Shown here: positions 49,201 through 57,205 of the stretch, piece after piece
Layout: the number at the start of each line of letters is the position of its first letter
How positions within the stretch are numbered: the stretch's first letter is position 1
Virus record (IMG/VR): IMGVR_UViG_3300042894_001948
Source: a virus
Taxonomy: Duplodnaviria > Heunggongvirae > Uroviricota > Caudoviricetes
Length of the DNA: 64,000 nucleotides
Direction: 5' to 3' (one strand)
Notes under the pieces: model-generated
Databases searched by the model: none
Told to the model about the DNA's origin: nothing
The model's input: the letters and a program-made list of their open reading frames with translations, nothing else
Translations under genes and position numbers: made by a program

Positions 49201-49703
49201 GAGGTGCTATTACTAACATTAGTTCAACTGGTTATGTTACAAGCTCTGGTAAATATCAAACAATTGCATTAAACAACGGGTTGCGCGATACATTGGCCGA
49301 TATTAAAGTTAATCCAATTACTTACCTTGATGGACAAGGGATTGTTAACTTTGGTCAATATACACGTTCGCCTAACGCATCATCTTTAGATCGTATTAAC
49401 GTTGCTCGGTTGGTAGTATTTTTGCGTAGACAGCTTGAAAGAGCAACTAGATCATACTTATTTGAACCAAATGATCCAAGAACACGGTCTGAAGCTAAAA
49501 AAGCAGTTGAAGCAATCTTTACTGATGTTATGTCTAAACGAGGAATTATGGATTTCGCAGTCCAATGTGACGGACAAAATAATACGCCAGATAGAATTGA
49601 TCGTAGTGAACTATGGATTGATGTTGCAATTCAACCAATGAAGGCAGTAGAATTTATTTATATTCCATTGCGTTTGAGAAATACCGGCGAATCATTAAAA
49701 TAA
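46233..49703 (+). CDS. gp18: Contractile tail sheath protein (T4 gp18-like), enlarged
   Basis: LSSPGVSVSITDES start; PWFAPAG..RG, VNPI, LDRINVARL, LFEPND and IQPMKAVEFIYI. Confidence 0.95.
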   Translation: MAQTLSSPGVSVSITDESAYTAAPAGTIPLIFVASASNKLTDAGTGIAPGTLAENDGKVYLLTGQKDLLDTFGTPVFKTDSNNNAQHAHEQNEYGLQAAYSYLGVANRAYVARASIDMSQLVGTTVIPAGIPEDGTFWLDTSSSKWGIFEWDSRPSSGTGSALTGQTFVNKIPTVITESTDVDGSTPKSSVGAPGSYAIVAVTSLMKLWYKRPGIGINIPPVWVEVGTAEWAASFPAVSSTAVVDDTDISIADELVITAGDLLPQTTTNKTTLAAIVDDINNNVVLNGVVSARAVNSKLYLYSTGVNISLDGTNSTAFASLNLRNDNTGTPAASVFYAPALSIAPHTAVPDFKIKTNNRPSGSVWIKTTPINKGTDLMISVYKQAAKSWIPKTVSVYPNNASALNGLDSSGGGLNIVGNTVYAKTNDAELTPTSASFKLYRRSNTTATIIESVEIKRTTFAPSNSATFRLSESVPGSNSLITRTVVIGTIASDATVQTIIDAILFGINNVSQGATTNVTAYQVGSKIAIKHATGGEIEFAQTGTTPNNIVTKLFGNPSTPSGLANSSLNFYAHPGGNTTITIGGTPTVYNRFVATLWTEYTSDRLSSFAHLTPKEPVSGPSEGQLWFDSKVEDVDLMFLDIVDGTPTWVAFNNYNSGGILKNPKGPFVSATKPKLQSDGGALAEGDIWVDMSDLNNYPKIYRYIDFDKQWELMDTTDHTTENGIIFADARWSTNGGPDMGLLSDMLGGFSEGGDLTFAQAQALNDAANFVDFDAPNPALYAKGMLLWNLRRSGNNVKKYRKTYINPLHRNTRRNDEVMNETNGYTTTSRWVTESGNQSNGIGSFGYKAQRKVVIQSLQALVNTNFQVRDTEQRVFNLLAAPGYPELVGELRVLNSDRGLTAFIIADSPARLAPNATDISNWGHNAKLATEDNDDGLVSADPYVAFFYPWGMASDNKGLNVVLPPSHMMLTTIALNDQKSYPWFAPAGTSRGAITNISSTGYVTSSGKYQTIALNNGLRDTLADIKVNPITYLDGQGIVNFGQYTRSPNASSLDRINVARLVVFLRRQLERATRSYLFEPNDPRTRSEAKKAVEAIFTDVMSKRGIMDFAVQCDGQNNTPDRIDRSELWIDVAIQPMKAVEFIYIPLRLRNTGESLK

Positions 49704-49713
49704 GGAGAAAACA

Positions 49714-50412
49714 ATGGCAGAGACAGACACACCACCGGGCATTACATCGTTAACTAATTTTTCAGTTCCGATAGATAAGGACGCTACAAATGAGGCAATG
49801 TTAATGCCTAAATTGAAATATCGCTTTAGAGTGTTATTTTCAAATTTTGGTATTACTGATGCAGATACAGGATTACAATTAACTAAACAAATTGTTGAAG
49901 CAAATCGTCCAACAGTTAAATTTGCTGATCAAAAAATTGATGTATATAACAGTACAATTCATTATGCAGGCAAAGCTAATTGGGATCCAATTTCAATTAA
50001 ATTACGTGACGATTCAACAGGTGTAGTTAACAAACTTGTTGGTCAACAAAACCAAAAACAATTTGATTTCTATGAACAAAGTTCAGCTGCAGCAGCAGGC
50101 GATTATAAGTTTAATATGACAATTCAAATGTTAGATGGCGGAAACGCAGGAACATTCTCCATTGGAGACGGATCTGTAAATATTTTAGAAACATGGGAAT
50201 GTGTTGGATGTTATATTGTATCGTCTACATTTGGACAATTACAATATTCAGATCAAGGTACTGGTATGACAATCGATTTATCAATTCAACCTGACAACTG
50301 TATTCAAACAGCCGGCGGTGGCATTGGAAGTACAGAAACCGGTGCTTCTAGAATTAGTTATGCTCCTGATTCAGCCGGTGGAACAGCAACTATTAAAAGT
50401 ACTACAGAGTAG
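49714..50412 (+). CDS. Tail tube protein (gp19-like)
   Basis: Follows the sheath gene; PKLKYRFRV, YAGKANWDPISIKLRDD, ETWECVGC. Confidence 0.85.
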   Translation: MAETDTPPGITSLTNFSVPIDKDATNEAMLMPKLKYRFRVLFSNFGITDADTGLQLTKQIVEANRPTVKFADQKIDVYNSTIHYAGKANWDPISIKLRDDSTGVVNKLVGQQNQKQFDFYEQSSAAAAGDYKFNMTIQMLDGGNAGTFSIGDGSVNILETWECVGCYIVSSTFGQLQYSDQGTGMTIDLSIQPDNCIQTAGGGIGSTETGASRISYAPDSAGGTATIKSTTE

Positions 50413-50436
50413 TTACTACTACAGAGTAGTTCAATT

Positions 50437-50468
50437 AAAAAAAGCCCGTTTTATACGGGCTTTTTTTT
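50437..50468 (+). terminator. Rho-independent terminator (potentially bidirectional)
   Basis: A7-GCCCGT-TTTAT-ACGGGC-T8. Confidence 0.9.
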
Positions 50469-50502
50469 GACTGCTGTATAAAACTCTCCACTTTATTAAA
50501 AA

Positions 50503-50510
50503 GATAAATA
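50503..50510 (+). promoter_or_regulatory. Late promoter GATAAATA
   Basis: Recurrent octamer 5 nt before ATG 50516, implying a near-leaderless transcript. Confidence 0.6.
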
Positions 50511-50515
50511 TATGT

Positions 50516-51622
50516 ATGTCATTTACACCTACTTCAGAATTACAATCAGATCCAATAACTATCCTCAGATGCCGGCAACATGCGTCTAGGATTTTTGCTG
50601 ACGATCAATTTAGATTATTACCAAAAACTAAATTTTTATTTCATGTGTCCTTTAATATCGATTGGGATGTAGTTAACCCAGTTCCGAAATCAGACCCAAT
50701 TAAAGGATTAGTAGAAACACTTCAAGATGAAATTAATTTATTAGTTAAAGGCGTTAATTTACCTTCATATTCAGTACAACACGAAGTACTAAATCAGTAT
50801 AATAGAAAAAAAGTAGTTCAATATCAACATAAGTATAATGATATTGATATTGCATTCCACGATGACAACATGGGTCTTGTAAATCAAATGTGGCAATTAT
50901 ATTACAAATATTATTACGCTGATCCTACAGTTTCTGTTAAAGATTCTGCATATATAAAAAATGCAACATTAAACTCAAGTTATATTACGTCACCGTATGG
51001 GTACAATGGTCGTAAGAAACCATTTTTTAAAGATATTATGATTTTTCAAATGTCAAGAAAAGAATTTGTAAGTTATAAATTAATCAACCCGGTAATTACA
51101 TCATGGACAGGTGGGAAATTAGGTTATCACGAAACCGCATCTCACGAATTTGATATGAAAATAGCATACGAAGCAGTGTCGTTTAATACCGGATGGGTTA
51201 ATCATATCGATGATGGTAACAAATCCGAGATGGATAATTTTGGTGCATTATCTCCACTATACGATCTTACACTCTCGCCGTTATCAAACATAGATCCAAA
51301 TAAAGATATAAACAGTATACCAGAAGGGTCGCATTCATTTGCAAAAGCATGGTTTGGTTCTACCGATCCGTCAACACCAAGTAACCTTAATTCAACTGAT
51401 GGTGATAAAATTACATCTAAATCTGCAGCTGGAAGTACTAAGCAACTAGCCTATAATTCGTTACTTGCATCACAACAGGCAGCTAGCGGTGTACAAGATA
51501 TTTCGCTTCCGGTAGGACAATTTAATGCTAATTCATCCGCAGCAACGCAATCTAAAATGAAAACCACAACTGTTAGCACTGCTGATACTACTACTAATCC
51601 CCCTACATATACAGGTCGATAA
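50516..51622 (+). CDS. Tail tube-like baseplate/tube initiator (gp48/gp54-like)
   Basis: LVKGVNLPSY..NQYNRK..IAFHDDN..LINPVITSW tube-fold pattern; position after the tube gene. Confidence 0.6.
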   Translation: MSFTPTSELQSDPITILRCRQHASRIFADDQFRLLPKTKFLFHVSFNIDWDVVNPVPKSDPIKGLVETLQDEINLLVKGVNLPSYSVQHEVLNQYNRKKVVQYQHKYNDIDIAFHDDNMGLVNQMWQLYYKYYYADPTVSVKDSAYIKNATLNSSYITSPYGYNGRKKPFFKDIMIFQMSRKEFVSYKLINPVITSWTGGKLGYHETASHEFDMKIAYEAVSFNTGWVNHIDDGNKSEMDNFGALSPLYDLTLSPLSNIDPNKDINSIPEGSHSFAKAWFGSTDPSTPSNLNSTDGDKITSKSAAGSTKQLAYNSLLASQQAASGVQDISLPVGQFNANSSAATQSKMKTTTVSTADTTTNPPTYTGR

Positions 51623-51631
51623 AGGAAATTT

Positions 51632-51994
51632 ATGAATTCAAATTTACCACAGACATCATCAAATGCAGCCGAAATTAAACAATTCTTTGACAAGTATTAT
51701 GTTAATACAGTTACCTTTCCATCAAATGATATTGATGCAACGGTTGGATTTTTTCAGAGACGTGGCTTTGATTTATCAAGTGCAAGAACAGTTGCTATCG
51801 TACTATTAAATCAAGCTAAAGCTGATAATATACCAGTATTTGAATTATTAGATACCCTTAAAGTTGTGCCTACTATGCAGTTATCATCAGTTGTTGCACA
51901 AATTTTAAATGCATATAGAGAAAAAACAAGTTTAATTGGTTATCGAGTTAAGGGCACCAATAGCGCGTATGAAAAAAGAAATATATTAGTATGA
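51632..51994 (+). CDS. Hypothetical protein
   Basis: 120-aa ORF with AAGGA RBS; overlaps the next gene (ATGA). Confidence 0.6.
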   Translation: MNSNLPQTSSNAAEIKQFFDKYYVNTVTFPSNDIDATVGFFQRRGFDLSSARTVAIVLLNQAKADNIPVFELLDTLKVVPTMQLSSVVAQILNAYREKTSLIGYRVKGTNSAYEKRNILV

Positions 51995-52440
51995 GCAGCC
52001 GTAAATTTGCAAAAGGAAAATATAACATAGTTAATCCTGGGAAATATGTAGGAACTAAAGTTCCGTATTACAGAAGTTCGTGGGAGTGGAACTTTATGAA
52101 CATGTGCGATACTAATCCCGGTATTCAAAAATGGGCAAGTGAAGCAATAACTATTCCGTATAGAGATCCACTAACTAATCGCAACACCATTTACCTTCCT
52201 GATTTTTTTATTCAATATGTAGATAAGAATAATCATATACATAATGAAGTAATTGAAATAAAACCTGCAAGTCAGCATATATTAGAACGTGTTGGTAAGA
52301 ACAAATATAATCAAGCACAGTTTATTAAAAATCAAGCTAAATGGGCAGCAGCTAATGCATACTGCAAACAAAATGGATTAGTATTTAGGGTTATAAATGA
52401 GGATGATATTTTTCACAACGGCGGTAAACAACGTAAATAG
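51991..52440 (+). CDS. Head completion nuclease (T4 gp4-like, TnsA-type PD-(D/E)xK)
   Basis: NPGKYVG, YRSSWE, WASE, YLPDF, IEIKP and NQAKWAAA. Confidence 0.9.
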   Translation: MSSRKFAKGKYNIVNPGKYVGTKVPYYRSSWEWNFMNMCDTNPGIQKWASEAITIPYRDPLTNRNTIYLPDFFIQYVDKNNHIHNEVIEIKPASQHILERVGKNKYNQAQFIKNQAKWAAANAYCKQNGLVFRVINEDDIFHNGGKQRK

Positions 52441-52461
52441 TATATTACACAAGGATAACCT

Positions 52462-52944
52462 ATGACGCGTAAGTTAGAAGAATTATTAAATTTACCAGAA
52501 AGTAAAACTATTATAAAAGAATCAGAAGCACAACTACCGCTACCTCCTGTTCCTACACCGTTATTTAGAGACATAGCTGAATTTGATAAAATATCAGCAG
52601 CTCTGCCACAAGTAAAAGGTCTAGGAGACATTAGTGATACAGAGTTTGATGCTCTAGCGCAGCGTGCAACTGATGCATATGACGACTTAATGGATTTAGG
52701 AATGAACGTTGAAGCTAGATATAGCGGACGTGTGTTTGAAGTTGCTGCTAGTATGTTAAAGAATGCAATTGATGCCAAATCCGCTAAAATAGATAAGAAA
52801 CTTAAAATGATTGAACTTCAAATTAAAAAACAAAAATTAGATAATGATGCACATCCGGAAGATACTAGCGTTAATATTCAAGGCGATGGCTTTATCGTAA
52901 CCGATCGTAACAGTTTGATCGAAAAATTAAAGAATATGAAATAA
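52462..52944 (+). CDS. Probable terminase small subunit
   Basis: Helical protein with RVFEVAASMLKNAIDAK and a C-terminal DRNSLIEKL, resembling gp16; lies upstream of TerL. Confidence 0.6.
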   Translation: MTRKLEELLNLPESKTIIKESEAQLPLPPVPTPLFRDIAEFDKISAALPQVKGLGDISDTEFDALAQRATDAYDDLMDLGMNVEARYSGRVFEVAASMLKNAIDAKSAKIDKKLKMIELQIKKQKLDNDAHPEDTSVNIQGDGFIVTDRNSLIEKLKNMK

Positions 52945-52965
52945 ATATATTATCAAGGATACATT

Positions 52966-53595
52966 ATGAAATCATTTAAACAACATTTACTCGAATCAAA
53001 ACAATCTTATGAATTTAAAGTTAAACTTGCTGGAGAACCTTCAGATGAGCAACTTGATAAATTTAAAGGATCGTTAGATAGATTTGTAGTGGAATTATTC
53101 CAAAGAAGTACACGTACACCGATTCAGGAAACACAACTCGATTTTCCTGAACACAAAAATATCAGTGTTACAACATATGATATTATATTAACTTATCCTG
53201 CAACAAGTTTTCAAGTAAGACAACTTGCAGCTGAATCATTGGGGTTAAGCGAATGCTGTGTTAAAGTTCGCAATCTTAAAGAACAAGAAGAGCAAGAACT
53301 CAATCACAAAAATGATGAAAAATCAGGTGAAGCATTATTAGGTAAAGATTATGAAAAAGAAAATAATCAACATTTAGCAGGGCAATCAAATGTAATGTCA
53401 CTGTTAAAAGAACTTGGTAAAGTTAAACATCAAGGCGAACAATATAAAGGCGTTAACGATCAATTATTAGCAAAAAAAGCACCTGTTGAAAAAGCAGCAA
53501 AAGTTACTTCTAAATATGATAAATCAATCGGAACTACTAGTGCAATTGGATCTAAACAAGTTACACTGCCAACTGCTAAATTAGGGAAATTTTAA
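52966..53595 (+). CDS. Probable internal head protein
   Basis: N-terminus MKSFKQHLLES resembles the T4 capsid-targeting sequence; AATAAATA late-like motif at 52940. Confidence 0.55.
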   Translation: MKSFKQHLLESKQSYEFKVKLAGEPSDEQLDKFKGSLDRFVVELFQRSTRTPIQETQLDFPEHKNISVTTYDIILTYPATSFQVRQLAAESLGLSECCVKVRNLKEQEEQELNHKNDEKSGEALLGKDYEKENNQHLAGQSNVMSLLKELGKVKHQGEQYKGVNDQLLAKKAPVEKAAKVTSKYDKSIGTTSAIGSKQVTLPTAKLGKF

Positions 53596-54098
53596 TGGAC
53601 TTTAAAGAATTATTGCAAACTATGCAACACATTGACGAAGGAACTGAACCTTCAATTGATGAATGCAGCGAAGAAATGCCTGCAGCTATTATCCAAGGCG
53701 GACATCCTCCTGACGAGTCATTAAACATGAATCTTACTATTAACAGTAAAGGTGCAGATGGTATTCGTGAATTAATAGATGTATTAAAAGGTATCGGTAG
53801 TGATACAAGCAGTGAACCGACTCATTCGCATCACGACGACAAAAAACTACTCGGTAATGATGAAGCAGACATTGTCATTGGTGATAGTTTTGGCAATTCT
53901 AAACAAGGCGACAACGGTTCGCACGTTAATAATCTAGATTCAATGTTTCCAGTTGGTGACGATATGTTTAGTAAAGGCGGAGAAGCACCTAAACAAGCAG
54001 GCGGTGGCAACCCGTGGAACATTCGTCACGAATCACTAGTTAATCATCTTGCGTCATTATATGAAGATGTTAAAGAGCGTACACAAAAAAAAAGATAA
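53595..54098 (+). CDS. Acidic hypothetical protein (probable head protein), ends at an A9 slippery run
   Basis: 167 aa; ends CAA AAA AAA AGA TAA. Confidence 0.7.
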   Translation: MDFKELLQTMQHIDEGTEPSIDECSEEMPAAIIQGGHPPDESLNMNLTINSKGADGIRELIDVLKGIGSDTSSEPTHSHHDDKKLLGNDEADIVIGDSFGNSKQGDNGSHVNNLDSMFPVGDDMFSKGGEAPKQAGGGNPWNIRHESLVNHLASLYEDVKERTQKKR

Positions 54099-54322
54099 TC
54101 GAAGCACATGATCCTATTTTAAATGCCGAAGTATTAATTGATCATAAACGATGGGCAATTTTTAAAGGTGGACCAAAAGGTAGTTCTGAATTAAAAGCTG
54201 CAGAACAACGTGCAATGACTGAAGGCAAAAAGTACAAAGATTGGCGAGCAGGACACGGATACGGGGTAGTTGTACACTATGCCCATACTACTGATAAGCC
54301 GATGAAACCACAATACGATTAA
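54092..54322 (+). CDS. Candidate -1 frameshift extension of the 53595 ORF (not in the ORF track)
   Basis: 76 sense codons (KIIEAHDPILNAEVLIDHKRWAIFKGG...KPQYD) with no 5' start codon; ends 5 nt before a terminator. Confidence 0.6.
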   Translation, partial: KIIEAHDPILNAEVLIDHKRWAIFKGGPKGSSELKAAEQRAMTEGKKYKDWRAGHGYGVVVHYAHTTDKPMKPQYD

Positions 54323-54327
54323 CTCAC

Positions 54328-54355
54328 AAAGCGGACATTATGTCCGCTTTTTTTT
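54328..54355 (+). terminator. Rho-independent terminator
   Basis: AAAGCGGACA-TTA-TGTCCGC-T8; immediately followed by a late-like TGTAAATA. Confidence 0.9.
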
Positions 54356-54386
54356 GTAAATACATAATACAAAAAAAGGATTACAT

Positions 54387-55313
54387 ATGGGAAAATCGTT
54401 AGACGGTGTCCTTACAAAAAAAGCACATAAAACTGAAAAATTTAGTGAACAGCAAATTAACGATATATTGTTGTGTTCTGATCCTGAAGACGGGTATCTG
54501 TATTTCTCAAGATACTTTTTTCATATTCAACATTCAGTAAAAGGTAAGCTGTTATTTAAACCGTTTGATTATCAGGTTAATTTGTTAAACTGCTATCATG
54601 CACATCGTTTTAATATTAATATGTTACCGCGCCAAAGTGGTAAAACTACTTGTGCATCTGCATACTTATTATGGTTTGCAATGTTTCATCCAGATCAAAC
54701 TATTCTAATTGCAGCGCACAAATATACAGGTGCCCAAGAGATTATGCAACGTATACGATATGGGTACGAACTTTGCCCAGACTTTATACGTGCCGGTGTA
54801 GTAAGTTACAATAAAGGATCTATGGAGTTTGATAACGGTTCGCGTATTGTAAGCCAGACTACTACAGGTACAACCGGGCGGGGTATGTCTATTTCGTTAT
54901 TATATTGCGATGAGTTTGCTTTTTTGCAACCTAACATTGCTGAAGAGTTTTGGACTTCTATATCACCTACACTAGCAACTGGTGGACGTTGTATTATTAC
55001 ATCTACACCAAACAGTGACGAAGATCAATTTGCTACTATATGGAAAGAAAGCCAGCAATATTTTGACGAGTTTGGAAATGAAAAGGCAGATAAGATCGGA
55101 ATTAACGGATTTGCTGGATTCCGGTCTGACTGGTGGGATCATCCAGATCGTGACGATGCATGGAAACAAGAAGAGCTTGGTCGTATAGGTGAGGAAAAAT
55201 TTAGACGTGAATACGGTTGTATTGTGCATGATTCAGTTGTAACTGTTAAATGGCCATCTGGAAAAATTGAAAAACTAACAATGGGCGATATTATGCGATT
55301 ATTAAGTTCATAG
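54387..55313 (+). CDS. terL: Terminase large subunit, N-terminal (ATPase) part fused to split-intein N-fragment
   Basis: Walker A LPRQSGKTT, Walker B LLYCDEFAF and motif ITSTPN; after FRREYG the sequence switches to intein block A CIVHDSVVTV. Confidence 0.95.
   Translation: MGKSLDGVLTKKAHKTEKFSEQQINDILLCSDPEDGYLYFSRYFFHIQHSVKGKLLFKPFDYQVNLLNCYHAHRFNINMLPRQSGKTTCASAYLLWFAMFHPDQTILIAAHKYTGAQEIMQRIRYGYELCPDFIRAGVVSYNKGSMEFDNGSRIVSQTTTGTTGRGMSISLLYCDEFAFLQPNIAEEFWTSISPTLATGGRCIITSTPNSDEDQFATIWKESQQYFDEFGNEKADKIGINGFAGFRSDWWDHPDRDDAWKQEELGRIGEEKFRREYGCIVHDSVVTVKWPSGKIEKLTMGDIMRLLSS
55218..55310 (+). mobile_element. Split intein N-fragment (31 aa)
   Basis: CIVHDSVVTVKWPSGKIEKLTMGDIMRLLSS then stop; Cys1 and block A pattern. 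Confidence 0.9.
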
Positions 55314-55339
55314 TATATGACGAAATGATAAATACTAGC

Positions 55340-56119
55340 ATGTATTATGTATATATTTATAAAACCCCAATTAACATCACAGTAAGTTATATGAGTATTT
55401 TAGCAAATCAACCGTTTTATATTGGGAAGGGCCACGGTAGGCGATATAAAGATCATTTATCAGAAACTGCAGAAACTACGTGTAATCATTTAAAAGTTGC
55501 GGTAATTTCTAGATTAGTCGCGCAAAATCTAACTCCAGTTATAGAAATGTATCAAACTGAGTTAACAGATGCTGCAGCAAAGGCTCTTGAAATTGATCTG
55601 ATTAACCAGTACGGCCGATTAATTGATCATGCCGGCCCGTTAACAAATAAAACACTAGGCGGAGATGGGTGTACTGGATTTAAACATACTGAAGAAACCA
55701 AACAATTAATGAGTATTCAGAGAAAAGGAACCATTCCATATAATAAAGGTATCGCTCGTCCAGGAATTGGTGGACGTACATTAGGTACTAAATGGTCTGA
55801 ATCTGAAAGAGAAACTCAACTGTTAGTTAGAAGCCAACCAGGTTATTATGAGTTTAACAAATGTCCTATAAGAGCAAAAAAAATAAGTGACTCCAAAAAA
55901 GGAAAACCTGGATCAGCAAAAGACAAACAATGGTTTAATAATGGAGTTATTGAGACCTATAAAGATATATGCCCTGACGGATTTGTTAAGGGAAGACTTC
56001 CTAGATTACAAATATCAAAGAGAGGCATGTGTTGGTATAATAATGGAGTAATTAACAAACAATTTAAAGAAGGAACAGAACTTGATGGATTTACACGCGG
56101 AAGAATTAATAAAAAATAA
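55340..56119 (+). mobile_element. GIY-YIG homing endonuclease between the split terL halves
   Basis: YYVYIY..PFYIGKG..RR..H, conserved Glu (ALEIDLI) and LTN; NUMOD3 GFKHTEETK; W(F/Y)NNG repeats. Start probably ATG 55340 (alternative 55325), with GATAAATA at 55327. Confidence 0.9.
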
Positions 56120-56432
56120 GTTAGGATTAACGGTGCTAACTGACACCGGCTGGAGCAAGTTTGACGGAATCTTAGTTAAAGGTGTTAAAAAGATACTTCA
56201 TGTAACTACACAACGTCATTCACTTAAAAGCACTCCTGATCATACATATTTTCTTAATGGGTTTAAACCGATAGAAGGTAGATTATTATTGCCTAAACAA
56301 AAAATTTTAGTTAATGGCAAACTTGATAATGTCGTGTCTGTTAAGTGGCTGTTAGATGAAGAACCAGTATACGATCTGTTTAATGTTGAACAGAATCACA
56401 GGTATTATGCAAATAACGTTCTAATCAAAAAT
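56085..56432 (+). mobile_element. Split intein C-fragment (116 aa)
   Basis: VLTDTGW, block B STPDH, block F EPVYDLFNVE..HRYYAN, terminal Asn followed by Cys+1. Confidence 0.92.
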
Positions 56433-57194
56433 TGCGAATTTTTAGTATACGACGAAACTCTTATTAACAGTTTAAAATTAGTAGAAATATATGGTAAAGA
56501 ACCAACAACAAAGATGGGACAAGTGCGTTGGTATAAGAAACCAATTGCAGGTAACTTATATTTAATTGCATTAGATCCAAGTTTAGGAACAGGTGGAGAC
56601 TTTTCTGCAATAACAGTATTTGAGTTACCATCAATGCAGCAAGTAGCAGAATGGCATCATAACATTACTCCAATACAAGGACAAGTAAAATTACTTAGAG
56701 AAGTGTTGTTGTATATACAAGACGAACTAGGATACGATCAATATAATTCAATATACTGGTCAGTAGAAAACAACACAGTGGGCGAAAGCGCGTTAGTAGT
56801 AATTGAAAATTTAGGAGAAGAAACATTTCCAGGGTTATTTGTAAGTGAACCTGGCAGAAAGGGGCATGTTCGTAAATTCCGCAAAGGATTCAATACAACA
56901 TTTAATAATAAAATCGCTGCGTGTTCAAAATTAAAATATTTTATAGAAGAAGATAAAATGACTATTAACAGTAAGCCATTAATATCTGAATTAAAAACTT
57001 TTATTGCGCACGGGATTAGTTTTAAAGGTAAACCAGGACAACACGATGACTTAGTAGCAGCATTATTACTAATAGTAAGAATGATCGATATACTAGCAGA
57101 ATGGGATCCAATGGTATTTGAAAGAATGCGAATTGAAGAAAGAATTGAGGACTGGGAAGCACCTCTACCAATATTTGTTTCCTCTAATATGTGA
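56085..57194 (+). CDS. terL: Split-intein C-fragment fused to terminase large subunit C-terminal (nuclease) part
   Basis: After ..VLIKN comes CEFL; RNase-H-like ALDPSLGTGGDFS, VENN and HDDLV nuclease motifs. Confidence 0.95.
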   Translation: MDLHAEELIKNKLGLTVLTDTGWSKFDGILVKGVKKILHVTTQRHSLKSTPDHTYFLNGFKPIEGRLLLPKQKILVNGKLDNVVSVKWLLDEEPVYDLFNVEQNHRYYANNVLIKNCEFLVYDETLINSLKLVEIYGKEPTTKMGQVRWYKKPIAGNLYLIALDPSLGTGGDFSAITVFELPSMQQVAEWHHNITPIQGQVKLLREVLLYIQDELGYDQYNSIYWSVENNTVGESALVVIENLGEETFPGLFVSEPGRKGHVRKFRKGFNTTFNNKIAACSKLKYFIEEDKMTINSKPLISELKTFIAHGISFKGKPGQHDDLVAALLLIVRMIDILAEWDPMVFERMRIEERIEDWEAPLPIFVSSNM

Positions 57195-57205
57195 TAAATA
57201 TAAAC

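Noticed and set aside
50400-50431. 15-bp direct repeat TACTACAGAGTAGTT across the tail tube stop codon
   Set aside because: Only two copies with a 2-nt spacer; probably a local slippage duplication, with no evidence for an att site or CRISPR array.
55311-55328. TAG readthrough or stop-codon reassignment
   Set aside because: Readthrough of the IntN TAG meets TGA after four codons, and TAG/TGA end other genes at sensible positions; code 11 fits the window.
55311-56084. Group I intron explanation for the interrupted terL
   Set aside because: The endonuclease ORF fills essentially the whole gap and overlaps the downstream half, leaving no room for a ribozyme core; both halves carry intein motifs.
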